Source: a bacterium UBP16_UBA6123
GTDB lineage: Bacteria; Muiribacteriota; UBA9980
Length of the DNA stretch: 64,000 nt
Direction: 5' to 3'
NCBI GenBank assembly: GCA_002423385.1
Contig: DIVV01000217.1
Location: 8,781-72,780 of the forward strand
This document shows, piece after piece, positions 52,332 through 60,949 of this stretch. A program made the translations under genes and the position numbers. How positions within the stretch are numbered: position 1 is the stretch's first letter; every line of letters starts with the position of its first letter. The notes beneath the pieces were generated by a model. The model saw nothing but the letters and a program-made list of their open reading frames with translations, was not told the origin of the DNA and ran no database searches.

Positions 52332-52365
52332 AAAAATCTTAAAATTTTAAAACGAGGTGCAGTAA

Positions 52366-52893
52366 ATGTCGAATAAATGTCCGCGCTGTTGGGGCGCGCT
52401 TGAACTGCTTGATATCGACGGCGTTAAAATAGACAGATGCGGTTCATGCCGCGGAATTTTTCTTGATAAGTACGAACTCAACCGGCTTAACGCCTTAAAC
52501 AGCGAAGCGGCCGAGTGTTTAAACGACGGCGCTGCCGGCCATTCTACCATTCAAACGCCGGATGCGTCAAAAAAAATTAACTGCCTGCGTTGCTCGAGCG
52601 TAATGCAAACCGTTAATTTTTCATATACTTCAGGAATTTTAATCGATCACTGCCCCGCGTGCGAATCGGTATGGCTCGATAACGGCGAACTCGCCAAAAT
52701 TTTAGAATTTTTAAAAGCGAGCGAATCTATCAGCGAAGAAGAAAGCGCTTCATATCAAAACACTTTAAACGAAATTAAAGACAGCGCCAACAAACAGAAA
52801 GAAAGCGGTTTCCGCTCCATTTCATCCGGCGGCAAAATGGGTTCCATAGTTAATTTCGTTTATAAAATGATAAGCAAGGTTAGCGGCGAATAG
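52366..52893 (+). CDS. Tandem zinc-ribbon (zf-TFIIB-like) domain protein
   Basis: Two Cys4 ribbons: CPRCWGALELLDIDGVKIDRCGSCRG and CLRCSSVMQTVNF…IDHCPACES. Confidence 0.6.
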   Translation: MSNKCPRCWGALELLDIDGVKIDRCGSCRGIFLDKYELNRLNALNSEAAECLNDGAAGHSTIQTPDASKKINCLRCSSVMQTVNFSYTSGILIDHCPACESVWLDNGELAKILEFLKASESISEEESASYQNTLNEIKDSANKQKESGFRSISSGGKMGSIVNFVYKMISKVSGE

Positions 52894-52929
52894 ATTTAAT
52901 AACATTTTCCCCTTCAACGGCGGTTTTTT

Positions 52930-52990
52930 GAAAGCGGTTCCGCTATAGCGCTTTTTAAAAGCCGCCCGTTATTTTTTCGGGCGGTTTTAT
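52930..52990 (+). terminator. Tandem hairpins with U-tract (rho-independent terminator candidate) abutting the next start codon
   Basis: GCCGCCCG-ttatttttt-CGGGCGG followed by TTTTAT, preceded by a weaker AAAGCG…CGCTTT hairpin. The 3' arm ends 5 nt before ATG 52991. Confidence 0.5.
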
Positions 52991-54592
52991 ATGAAAAAAA
53001 TTAAATCTTATCTTATCGCGGTCTGCATAGTATTTTTATTGATTTTACTGTTATTCCACGATAATATCGTCGGGTTTTACCGAGGCGGCGCCCGCGGCGA
53101 AGCCGCTCTGATATACGGGCGCGCCTACGACGCCATCTCGCTGGATCCGCCCAATCAATGGGACGGTTCGTCCTCAGGCGTCATTAACAACGTATATGAA
53201 AATTTAGTCCAGTTCGTCGAAGGATCGTCTGACCTCGAACCGGTTTTAGCCGAATCATGGCTAATATCCGAGGATCTGCTCGAATATTCCTTCGAAATTC
53301 GTAAAAACGTTTTATTCCACGATAAAACAATATTTAACGCCGACAGCGTAATTTTTAATTTCGAACGCCAGATGCAAAAAGACCATCCTTACAGGCTCGG
53401 TAACTGCGAGTGCTTCGAAAGCAATTTCGCCGTCCTTGAATCGGTTAAAAAAATCAACGATTATAAAGTCGTTTTCCGTCTAAAAAAGCCATATACGCCT
53501 TTTTTAGATCTTTTAGCCATGACGCCGCTTGCAATAGCCTCGCCGGCCGCCATAAAAAAACACGGGGCCGATTTTTATAAAAATCCCTGCGGCAGCGGCC
53601 CTTTTATATTCAAACAATGGATAAAAGACGATTCCATAGTTCTTGAGCGCAATAACGATTACTGGCGCGAGAAAGCAAAAGCCGATAAAATAATATTTAA
53701 GACCATTCCCGACAATAAGCTCCGCCTGATGCAGCTTTATTCAGGACTGATAAATATAATGGACGGCATCAACCCCGACGATATCGAAACTATCAAGCGC
53801 AACCCTGAAATTACTCTATTGACCGAACCCGGAATGAATATCGGTTATATAGCCATGAATACCGAAAAACCGCCATTTAATAAAAAAGAAGTCCGCCTGG
53901 CGGTCAACCACGCTATAAATAAAAAAGCGATAATAAATTTTTTATACCAGCAAACCGCCACTCTCGCCAAAAATCCTATGCCGCCAAATATTTTCGGTTA
54001 TAACAACGAGATAACCGGCTACCGCTACGATATCGAGGAAGCAAAACGGCTTTTAAAACTCGCCGGGTTTGAAAACGGCTTTAAAACAACGCTTTATGTG
54101 ATCCCCATAACGACGATGTCATTTCCCGAACCGGACAGGGTCGCAGGGGCCGTCATAGCCAATCTTAAAGACGCCGGCATCACCGTCGAAAAATATAGCT
54201 GCGAATGGGGCGACTATCAAAAAAGAGTTATGAACGGCGACCATGAAATGGCGATGTTCGTATGGAGCGCCGATATTCCTGATCCAGATAATTTTTTATA
54301 CGTTCTGCTCGATAAGGACAACACCGTCAAAGGCCAGGCGCAAAACGTTTCTTTTTACGTAAACGACGTATTGCACTATACTTTAATGAAGGCCCAGAGC
54401 GCTTTAGACGTTAAACAACGCGGCGAGTTGTACCGCAAGGCGCAGGAAATAATACACGAAGACGCGCCATGGGTGCCGATGACGCACGCGAATCAAATGA
54501 TAGCCTTCCGCAATAACGTTAAAAACATTAAATTATCGCCGGTCACATTCGAATGTTACAGAAATATAGAAATTACCGACAGCGGAAAGTAG
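52991..54592 (+). CDS. ABC transporter substrate-binding protein, family 5 (oligopeptide/dipeptide/nickel type)
   Basis: Signal peptide MKKIKSYLIAVCIVFLLILL. SBP_bac_5 hallmarks (…IYGRAYDAISLDP…, …YWREKAKADKIIFKTIPDN…). 533 aa. Confidence 0.85.
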   Translation: MKKIKSYLIAVCIVFLLILLLFHDNIVGFYRGGARGEAALIYGRAYDAISLDPPNQWDGSSSGVINNVYENLVQFVEGSSDLEPVLAESWLISEDLLEYSFEIRKNVLFHDKTIFNADSVIFNFERQMQKDHPYRLGNCECFESNFAVLESVKKINDYKVVFRLKKPYTPFLDLLAMTPLAIASPAAIKKHGADFYKNPCGSGPFIFKQWIKDDSIVLERNNDYWREKAKADKIIFKTIPDNKLRLMQLYSGLINIMDGINPDDIETIKRNPEITLLTEPGMNIGYIAMNTEKPPFNKKEVRLAVNHAINKKAIINFLYQQTATLAKNPMPPNIFGYNNEITGYRYDIEEAKRLLKLAGFENGFKTTLYVIPITTMSFPEPDRVAGAVIANLKDAGITVEKYSCEWGDYQKRVMNGDHEMAMFVWSADIPDPDNFLYVLLDKDNTVKGQAQNVSFYVNDVLHYTLMKAQSALDVKQRGELYRKAQEIIHEDAPWVPMTHANQMIAFRNNVKNIKLSPVTFECYRNIEITDSGK

Positions 54593-54601
54593 CCCCGAAA
54601 G

Positions 54602-55531
54602 ATGAAAACAGACGTAATTTTATTTCACGGCGATTTCGACGGCATAGCCTCGGCCGCGCTCATCGTTAATATTTTAAAACCCGCCGAAGGCTACCTTGCC
54701 CTTCCATGCGAGCCTTTCGGCGTTAATAAAATATTAAGGCGTTTTGACTCGCTCAAAACCGAGGGCGCCGAATTCAACGAATTATTTATGGCTGATATCG
54801 CAGCTAATAATAAATGTATGGGCATGACCGAAAAATTCGCCGCCAGATGCGCCGAAATTTTTAATAAAGTAACGATTTACGACCACCACGACGGCTGGGA
54901 AAATATCAAACTGCCCGATTCCATATTCAAAATTATCGATACGTCGTTCAAATCATGCGCCGCGCTTATTTACAGCAGCCCCGGCGAAAAAAATGATTTT
55001 TTAAATTCGATAACGCGAGACGCCGATATAATCGACAGCGGCGGCTACGACGGCATCGGCGAGCGCTCGGCCGCCGTTTACAGGGCGCTTAAAGCCAATC
55101 TCAAAGACGAAGAAATAAAAATTAAATCTTTAGAGTTCATGCTTTCCGGTTACGGCGATACGCGCCTTTACAACCTTCTGCTTCAACGGGCCGCCGATTA
55201 CCAGATCATATTGAAGCGTTCGCTGGCTTTAATGACGGCCGGACTGATCGAATTAAGCCCCCGGATATGCTACATCGATATCGGAAAAAACGAATGCGAT
55301 ATAACCGCGATAATGATGCGCTGCTACGAAAAATATCCGGTAGTTATAATCGAATATCAGGCGGGAACGGTCGTTTTCAACGTAGTGGCAACCGCCGCCG
55401 CCGGAGTGGACCTCGTTAAAATCCTCGGATTAAAAGGCGGGGCGAAATACCGGGTTACGATAATTAAAAGAGATTTAAATGAATTAGTCAAAACGCTGGA
55501 AGATAGTATTTTTAAGGGCGTATCCAGATAA
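54602..55531 (+). CDS. DHH-family phosphoesterase (putative)
   Basis: N-terminal ILFHGDFDGIASAALI (DHH motif I/II) and IYDHHDGW (DHH motif III). Confidence 0.6.
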   Translation: MKTDVILFHGDFDGIASAALIVNILKPAEGYLALPCEPFGVNKILRRFDSLKTEGAEFNELFMADIAANNKCMGMTEKFAARCAEIFNKVTIYDHHDGWENIKLPDSIFKIIDTSFKSCAALIYSSPGEKNDFLNSITRDADIIDSGGYDGIGERSAAVYRALKANLKDEEIKIKSLEFMLSGYGDTRLYNLLLQRAADYQIILKRSLALMTAGLIELSPRICYIDIGKNECDITAIMMRCYEKYPVVIIEYQAGTVVFNVVATAAAGVDLVKILGLKGGAKYRVTIIKRDLNELVKTLEDSIFKGVSR

Positions 55532-55548
55532 CCGGGAGTATAAATATT

Positions 55549-56346
55549 ATGACAGGCATTAAAAATATCGTTTTTAAATACGGGGCGCACCTTTCACTCA
55601 CTGCGCCTGATTATGTAGAAGAACTTATTCAAAGCTGCGGCTTGAGCGCGATTCAAATTTTTATATCGAATCCAAGATCCTTCAACCCTGTTTTTTCGCT
55701 AAACTCACGACAAAATTTAAATAAAGTTAAAGATAAATACCCGCATTTATTTATATGCGTTCACATGCCTTATGTGGTCAACCTCGCCTCGAATGACGAA
55801 AGCCTTCGCGCCAAAAGCATTGAACATATCATAGAGGCTCTTGGCGAGGCCGCGCAAATCGGAGCGGCGCATTACGTGGTTCATCCGGGATCGGGTTCCT
55901 ATGATAATTTTTTAGATTCGTTCGAAAAAATCATCGGCGCTTCGGAGGCTTTACCGGTAAACCTTTTAATCGAAAATACCGAAAACTCGGGCAATAAATT
56001 AATGGGCGGCCAGGATCAGATGCTCGATTTTATAAAAAAATTCGGAGGCGAGGCTAAATTCTGCTGGGATACCGCCCACGCCTTCGGCGCCGGCGTCGAT
56101 ACGCTTAAAATACCCGACGCGATTAAATCGGCCATAAAATTAGTACACCTCAACGATTCAAAAGTAGAATTTGGTTCAAAAAAAGACAGGCACGATGGTT
56201 TTTACACTGGCGCAATCGGAATTCAAACCATAGGGCGTATAATCGAATCGTTTATAAACCACGCGCCGTTTATCATTGAACGCGAAGGCCATGATGCCAT
56301 CTGCCGCGACCTTCTCTACATAAAGAGTTATTTAAATAAAACTTAA
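55549..56346 (+). CDS. nfo: Endonuclease IV (AP endonuclease family 2, TIM barrel)
   Basis: CVHMPYVVNLASNDESLRAKSIEHIIEAL matches the Nfo motif (HAPYLINLA…EKSI..L). HYVVHPGS and LIENTE metal-site motifs. Confidence 0.85.
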   Translation: MTGIKNIVFKYGAHLSLTAPDYVEELIQSCGLSAIQIFISNPRSFNPVFSLNSRQNLNKVKDKYPHLFICVHMPYVVNLASNDESLRAKSIEHIIEALGEAAQIGAAHYVVHPGSGSYDNFLDSFEKIIGASEALPVNLLIENTENSGNKLMGGQDQMLDFIKKFGGEAKFCWDTAHAFGAGVDTLKIPDAIKSAIKLVHLNDSKVEFGSKKDRHDGFYTGAIGIQTIGRIIESFINHAPFIIEREGHDAICRDLLYIKSYLNKT

Positions 56347-56406
56347 AAATATTTTCGTTTAACGGCTGTAATTATCATCGTCAAAGATTCAATGTTAAAG
56401 ATTCAA

Positions 56407-56435
56407 TTGACAAAACCGTTAAAATCGTATATATT
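56407..56435 (+). promoter_or_regulatory. Sigma-70-like promoter TTGACA-N17-TATATT upstream of DAHP synthase gene
   Basis: ttgaca at 56407-56412; tatatt at 56430-56435. Confidence 0.5.
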
Positions 56436-56447
56436 ATTTTAGATATA

Positions 56448-56522
56448 ATTACTACTCGCGTTTAGATGTTATTACTCGCGTGTTTATAATAAAAATTATT
56501 AAGAATATTAAGAATATTAAGA
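56448..56522 (+). repeat. Direct repeats between promoter and RBS of aroF-like gene: 2x ATTACT(ACT)CGCGT and 3x tandem AATATTAAG
   Basis: attactactcgcgt…attactcgcgtg, then attaagaat-attaagaat-attaagaat (56494-56522) ending ~25 nt before ATG 56548. Confidence 0.6.
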
Positions 56523-56547
56523 ATACGGTAATTTAGAAAGGCAGATT

Positions 56548-57594
56548 ATGCTCATTATTTTAAAGAGCGGCGCGGCCGAAAAAGACATCGAGCGCCTTAC
56601 CGGCAATATTAAGCAAAGCGGATATTCCTACTCGCGAGTACGCGAGGAAGGCGTCGAGATGATAGAAGTCGAAGGCGTTCCCGCTTATTTTCAGCTCGAT
56701 TATTTCAAATCTTTTGAATCGGTCAAAAAAGTGGTGACAAGCTCTGGATTCAGCGAAAAAGTTTACCGCTCCAGCCATAAAAGCGATACCCGCATTAAAG
56801 TAAACGGCCGCACTATCGGCGGCGGCAATATAGAGCTCATAGCAGGCCCCTGTTCGGTAGAAAGCTACGAACAGACCGAACGCATAGCCGAAAAGCTCTC
56901 TAAAATGGGCGTTAAATTATTCCGGGGCGGCGCGTATAAGCCGCGCACCTCGCCGTACAGTTTTCAGGGCCTTAACGAAAACGGCCTTAAAATACTCGGA
57001 CGCATAGCAAAAAAATATAACCTCGCCATTATAACGGAGCTCTTAGACATCAGAAATATAGACGCCGTAAGCGAATACGCCGATATTATCCAGATCGGAA
57101 CGCGCAATGCAAGTAATTACGCGCTTTTAAAAGAAGCCGGTAAATTAAAAAAACCGGTGCTTTTAAAAAGAGGCGTCAGTTCAACGATCAAAGAATTTCT
57201 TCTTTCCGCCGAATATATCATGTGTCAGGGTAATTCAAATATCATTTTATGCGAGCGCGGCGTTCGAACTTTTGAAACCGCCGCTTACAGAACGAGTCTG
57301 GATATAACCGCGGTATCGATAATTAAAGAAATATCGCATCTTCCGATAATAGTCGATCCCTCGCACTCCGCGGGCGCATGGAACCTGGTAGAAAGCCTGT
57401 CGCTTGCCTCTATAGCCGCCGGCGCCGACGGAATAATGATCGAAGTCCACGACAGGCCTCACGAAGCGTTATCAGATGCCGGACAATCTCTCATGCCTCA
57501 AAAATTAAAACCTTTGATTCAAAAAGCCTCAAAAATAGCGCAATGTTTTAATAAAACATTCATGAGCGACGCAAACGGCATTAAGAAAAAATAA
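56548..57594 (+). CDS. aroF: 3-deoxy-7-phosphoheptulonate (DAHP) synthase, type I-beta with N-terminal regulatory domain
   Basis: LIAGPCSVESYEQT…KLFRGGAYKPRTSPYSFQGL…ILCERGVRTFE…LPIIVDPSHSAG…GIMIEVH. Near-collinear with Thermotoga-type DAHPS/KDO8PS-family enzymes. ~70-aa N-terminal extension. Confidence 0.9.
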   Translation: MLIILKSGAAEKDIERLTGNIKQSGYSYSRVREEGVEMIEVEGVPAYFQLDYFKSFESVKKVVTSSGFSEKVYRSSHKSDTRIKVNGRTIGGGNIELIAGPCSVESYEQTERIAEKLSKMGVKLFRGGAYKPRTSPYSFQGLNENGLKILGRIAKKYNLAIITELLDIRNIDAVSEYADIIQIGTRNASNYALLKEAGKLKKPVLLKRGVSSTIKEFLLSAEYIMCQGNSNIILCERGVRTFETAAYRTSLDITAVSIIKEISHLPIIVDPSHSAGAWNLVESLSLASIAAGADGIMIEVHDRPHEALSDAGQSLMPQKLKPLIQKASKIAQCFNKTFMSDANGIKKK

Positions 57595-57596
57595 AA

Positions 57597-57665
57597 AACC
57601 GCCGATAAGAATACATGGCGGAATAAATATAAAAACCGCGCCGCCTTAGTTTTAATTATCTATAA
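57597..57665 (+). terminator. Two consecutive GC hairpins + T-run after aroF (terminator candidate)
   Basis: CCGCC-gataagaatacat-GGCGG, then GGCGG-aataaatataaaaa-CCGCGCCGCC followed by ttagtttt. Confidence 0.45.
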
Positions 57666-57728
57666 ACGATGATTCTGATAAGTATTTAATTAGCGGTTCA
57701 AATTTTAAATATATGAAAGCTGGAATTT

Positions 57729-58541
57729 ATGTCTTCAAATGAAGTATGCTTTCTCGAAGAAATAGCAATATCGAATATGTACGGCACCGAACTTGAAAAA
57801 AAGATCGTCGCTAATTTAATCAGCTATTTAATCAACGACCCCAATAATAGCGAAAAAATCGTCGAGCTGGCCGTTATAATCGAAGAGATAAAAAGACGCG
57901 AAATAACTCACATGGATTGGAACTGCTGCTTTTGCGACAAATGCGAACGCTATCATAACTGCCGCATTAAATGGTACCGCGGCGAGCGGCAGATGACTCA
58001 ATACTGCTGCAGTTACTGTCAGTACTTCGATAAATGCCTGGCAAAATTCCAGAAACTCGAAAAATCCAGACGGATAGTATCGGAAATATTTATGATCAAT
58101 ATCAACGGAAACGACGAACAGGTTGAAATCGCCCGTAATATTATCAATAACATAACGGATCTGGACTGCCTTATAAAATTATCGGTGCTCGCCGAAGAAA
58201 TTCGCGCCAGTGAAATTGTACGCATCAAATGGAACTGCTGCACCAAATGCGCCAGACACGACACCTGCCGTATTAAATGGCAGCGCGGCGAAACCTCGAC
58301 ACCCGATCAATGCTGCAGTTACTGTCAGAACTACAAAGAATGCCTCGAAAAATATCAAAAACAGGCCGCTAAAGATATCAGAATTTTAGAATCGGTGTTT
58401 TTGATCATTATGTACGGCAATAAAGAAGAAATCGATATATTCGATTCGATGGCCGATAAATTCTACTCGCCTAAAATCATAATAAAACTTGCCGCCATGG
58501 CGGAAAAAATTAAGGCGCGCACTTTTTTTACCGCCGGCTAA
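57729..58541 (+). CDS. Cysteine-rich tandem-repeat protein of unknown function (two 8-Cys modules)
   Basis: Two ~95-aa repeats each carrying WNCC.(C/K)C.(R/K)(Y/H)..CRIKW.RGE……(Y/Q)CCSYCQ(Y/N)(F/Y).(K/E)CL.K(F/Y)QK, preceded by a conserved helical segment (…LAVIIEEIKRREI… / …LSVLAEEIRASEI…). A third repeat lacking Cys forms the C-terminus. Confidence 0.55.
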   Translation: MSSNEVCFLEEIAISNMYGTELEKKIVANLISYLINDPNNSEKIVELAVIIEEIKRREITHMDWNCCFCDKCERYHNCRIKWYRGERQMTQYCCSYCQYFDKCLAKFQKLEKSRRIVSEIFMININGNDEQVEIARNIINNITDLDCLIKLSVLAEEIRASEIVRIKWNCCTKCARHDTCRIKWQRGETSTPDQCCSYCQNYKECLEKYQKQAAKDIRILESVFLIIMYGNKEEIDIFDSMADKFYSPKIIIKLAAMAEKIKARTFFTAG

Positions 58542-59278
58542 CTTTCCAGAAATCTCGACTTTTTAATACATAATTTATGGCCGGCATAGCGCGCGAGCGT
58601 TTGCAAAGTCGAAAGGCCATAGACGACGCTGTTTTTAAAACTTATCGACGAGGCATCATCCATATATTTACACGGGCAGGATACTTCGCCTATTTTAAAA
58701 TCAAAATAAACCGCCTGAACTAAAAATTCCTGGTCAAATACGAAATTATCCGAATTTTTGGCGAAAGGCAGAGTTTCCAGCACTTTACGGCTGTAGGCGC
58801 GGTATCCGGTATGATATTCTGAAAGATTAAGCCCCAGCACCTTATTTTCACAAAAAGTCAAAAATTTATTAGCCATATATTTATAAACGGGCATTCCGCC
58901 GGGCAGCGCGCTTCCATCGAGCATGCGCGAGCCGAGAACTACATCCGCCGTTCCGTTGATTATCGGCCTTACCATCTTAGCCATTATCTTCGGATCGTAT
59001 TGATAATCGGGATGAAGCATTACCACGATTTCCGCGCCCTGATCCAGAGCCATCTGATAACATGTTTTTTGATTGGCGCCGTAACCTTTGTTAACCGGAT
59101 GTTCGAATATCGTAAGCCCCAGATCGCGAGCCACTCTTACCGTCTGGTCGTGACTTTTATCATCGACTAAGATTATTTTTTTTACGATGTCCTTCGGAAT
59201 ATCGTTATAAGTCTGAATAAGCGTCCGTTCCGCGTTGTAGGCGGGCATTACCACAAAAATATCGGGTATTTTAGACAT
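58538..59278 (-). CDS. Family 2 glycosyltransferase (polyprenol-phosphate glycosyltransferase, DPM1/GtrB-like)
   Basis: VVMPAYNAERTL, VDDKSHDQT, D.D-like HPDYQYDP, …VVLGSRML…. Confidence 0.85.
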   Translation of the reverse strand: MSKIPDIFVVMPAYNAERTLIQTYNDIPKDIVKKIILVDDKSHDQTVRVARDLGLTIFEHPVNKGYGANQKTCYQMALDQGAEIVVMLHPDYQYDPKIMAKMVRPIINGTADVVLGSRMLDGSALPGGMPVYKYMANKFLTFCENKVLGLNLSEYHTGYRAYSRKVLETLPFAKNSDNFVFDQEFLVQAVYFDFKIGEVSCPCKYMDDASSISFKNSVVYGLSTLQTLARYAGHKLCIKKSRFLES

Positions 59279-59344
59279 AAATTACTCCTTTGATCTATTA
59301 TTATTTTATTCGATCTATTATTATTTTATAAGTAAATATAATAT

Positions 59345-60934
59345 TTATTTAATTACGTATATAACGAAGTTTGCCGTTTTTAAAATTATTTCACATGAAT
59401 CAGTGCTTAAGCCCGCGGTTTTTATAATATCATCGAATTTATTCCTTTCGGAAAAAAAAGTGATTTCAGCGCTCGCGGAATCAAAAACGCCGCCGCCGGC
59501 CGCGCCGACGGAAATTACGCCTATCGGCGGTCCGCCGCTTCCCACCGCGATAATTTTATTAATTTCCGCGGCTTTTACGCTATGGCGCGGGATAATTCCG
59601 GTATAAAACAAGAGCGGAAGCTGATAATCAAAATAATCGCAGTCGAATCCGGCCGGCTGAAATATGAAGTTTTTATTATAAACTGCGCCAGGAATGCTTT
59701 TAGCATACGCCGCGATTTCATTTTTATATTCTATGTTATCGGTTTTATAAAGTTTAACCGGAAAAACCGATATAATAAAAGCGACAAAAAACATAAAGAA
59801 TAAAAATCGGGAAATAAATCCAAGCGTTTTTTTGCGCGCGTCTTTTTTCAAAACGCCGCCGCGGGCAAAAAATCTTTCGAGCGCGAAGGCGCTTATAATG
59901 GCCAGTTGAGGATAAACCGACATTATATACCAGCCTTTTTTAGCGCTGGCCATGCTCATAACGCCTATATAACCAGTAACGAATATCGCGCCGTATAAAA
60001 ATAAAGCGTCTCTTTTATTCCGACCGCCCATGACGGATTTGCCAGCAAAAAAATCTTTGAAAATTAAAAATAATCCGGCCGCGGCTATCGGCAGCCATGG
60101 AATATATGTAAGCAGCAATATTTTCAGATATTGATACACGGGCGCCGCCTCGACAGGATTATCCGCCGCACGCTTAAATAGTATATAGCCGAAATGCACC
60201 CTGAAAAACTCGAGGCCGTTTACGTTATACTGGTATAGATACCAGGCGCCCGGAAGCACCGCCGCGCAAAGCGCGATAACGACAAAGTTAAAACTGAATA
60301 AAGATTTAAAATCGCCTTTAACTAAATAATAAATGACTATGGCCGTTATCGAAAAAGCGCCGAGAATATTTTTAGATAATATGGCAAGGCCCGCGCAAAT
60401 TCCGCAGCCTGCCGCGTAAAGAAGGCGGCCCCCTGTCCGGGTCTTTTCCGCGGATAATTCATGCCTGACAAAAAAATAAATAGCGGCCGCCGTAAAAAAA
60501 GAAAGGCAGACGTCGAGGTGGGCGTATCTTGAAAAGCGTATAAATTCCCATGTAGCGGCTAATATTAAAGAAGAAACAAGAGCGAAGCGGTAATTTCTTA
60601 GACGCGCGGCGGTCAAAAAAACCATTAAAACACTGAGCGCGCCGTAAACGGCGGAAGGGAATCGGGCGCAAAATTCACTGACCCCGAATATTTTAAACAT
60701 TAAGGCCATCGACCACAAATAAATAGGGTCGTTTTCATAGTTGACATTTAGCGCGTGGTGCATGGTAAGCGCGTCGCCGGTGACTAATATTTCTTTAGCC
60801 TGACCGGCGTAATAACATTCGTCGTAGGTGCGAAGCGGTCCATCATAAAGCCTGACTGAAAAAATAAAAAAAGCGAGTCCGATTACGATAAAATGAAGTT
60901 TTCTTTTTAAATATAGAGTTTTAATTATATCCAT
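59345..60934 (-). CDS. GT-C glycosyltransferase family 39/83 (ArnT/PMT-like)
   Basis: ~12 TM segments. First periplasmic loop RLYDGPLRTYDECYYAGQAKEI carries the conserved DE motif of ArnT/PMT enzymes. 529 aa. Confidence 0.8.
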   Translation of the reverse strand: MDIIKTLYLKRKLHFIVIGLAFFIFSVRLYDGPLRTYDECYYAGQAKEILVTGDALTMHHALNVNYENDPIYLWSMALMFKIFGVSEFCARFPSAVYGALSVLMVFLTAARLRNYRFALVSSLILAATWEFIRFSRYAHLDVCLSFFTAAAIYFFVRHELSAEKTRTGGRLLYAAGCGICAGLAILSKNILGAFSITAIVIYYLVKGDFKSLFSFNFVVIALCAAVLPGAWYLYQYNVNGLEFFRVHFGYILFKRAADNPVEAAPVYQYLKILLLTYIPWLPIAAAGLFLIFKDFFAGKSVMGGRNKRDALFLYGAIFVTGYIGVMSMASAKKGWYIMSVYPQLAIISAFALERFFARGGVLKKDARKKTLGFISRFLFFMFFVAFIISVFPVKLYKTDNIEYKNEIAAYAKSIPGAVYNKNFIFQPAGFDCDYFDYQLPLLFYTGIIPRHSVKAAEINKIIAVGSGGPPIGVISVGAAGGGVFDSASAEITFFSERNKFDDIIKTAGLSTDSCEIILKTANFVIYVIK

Positions 60935-60949
60935 TTCATATTATCATCG

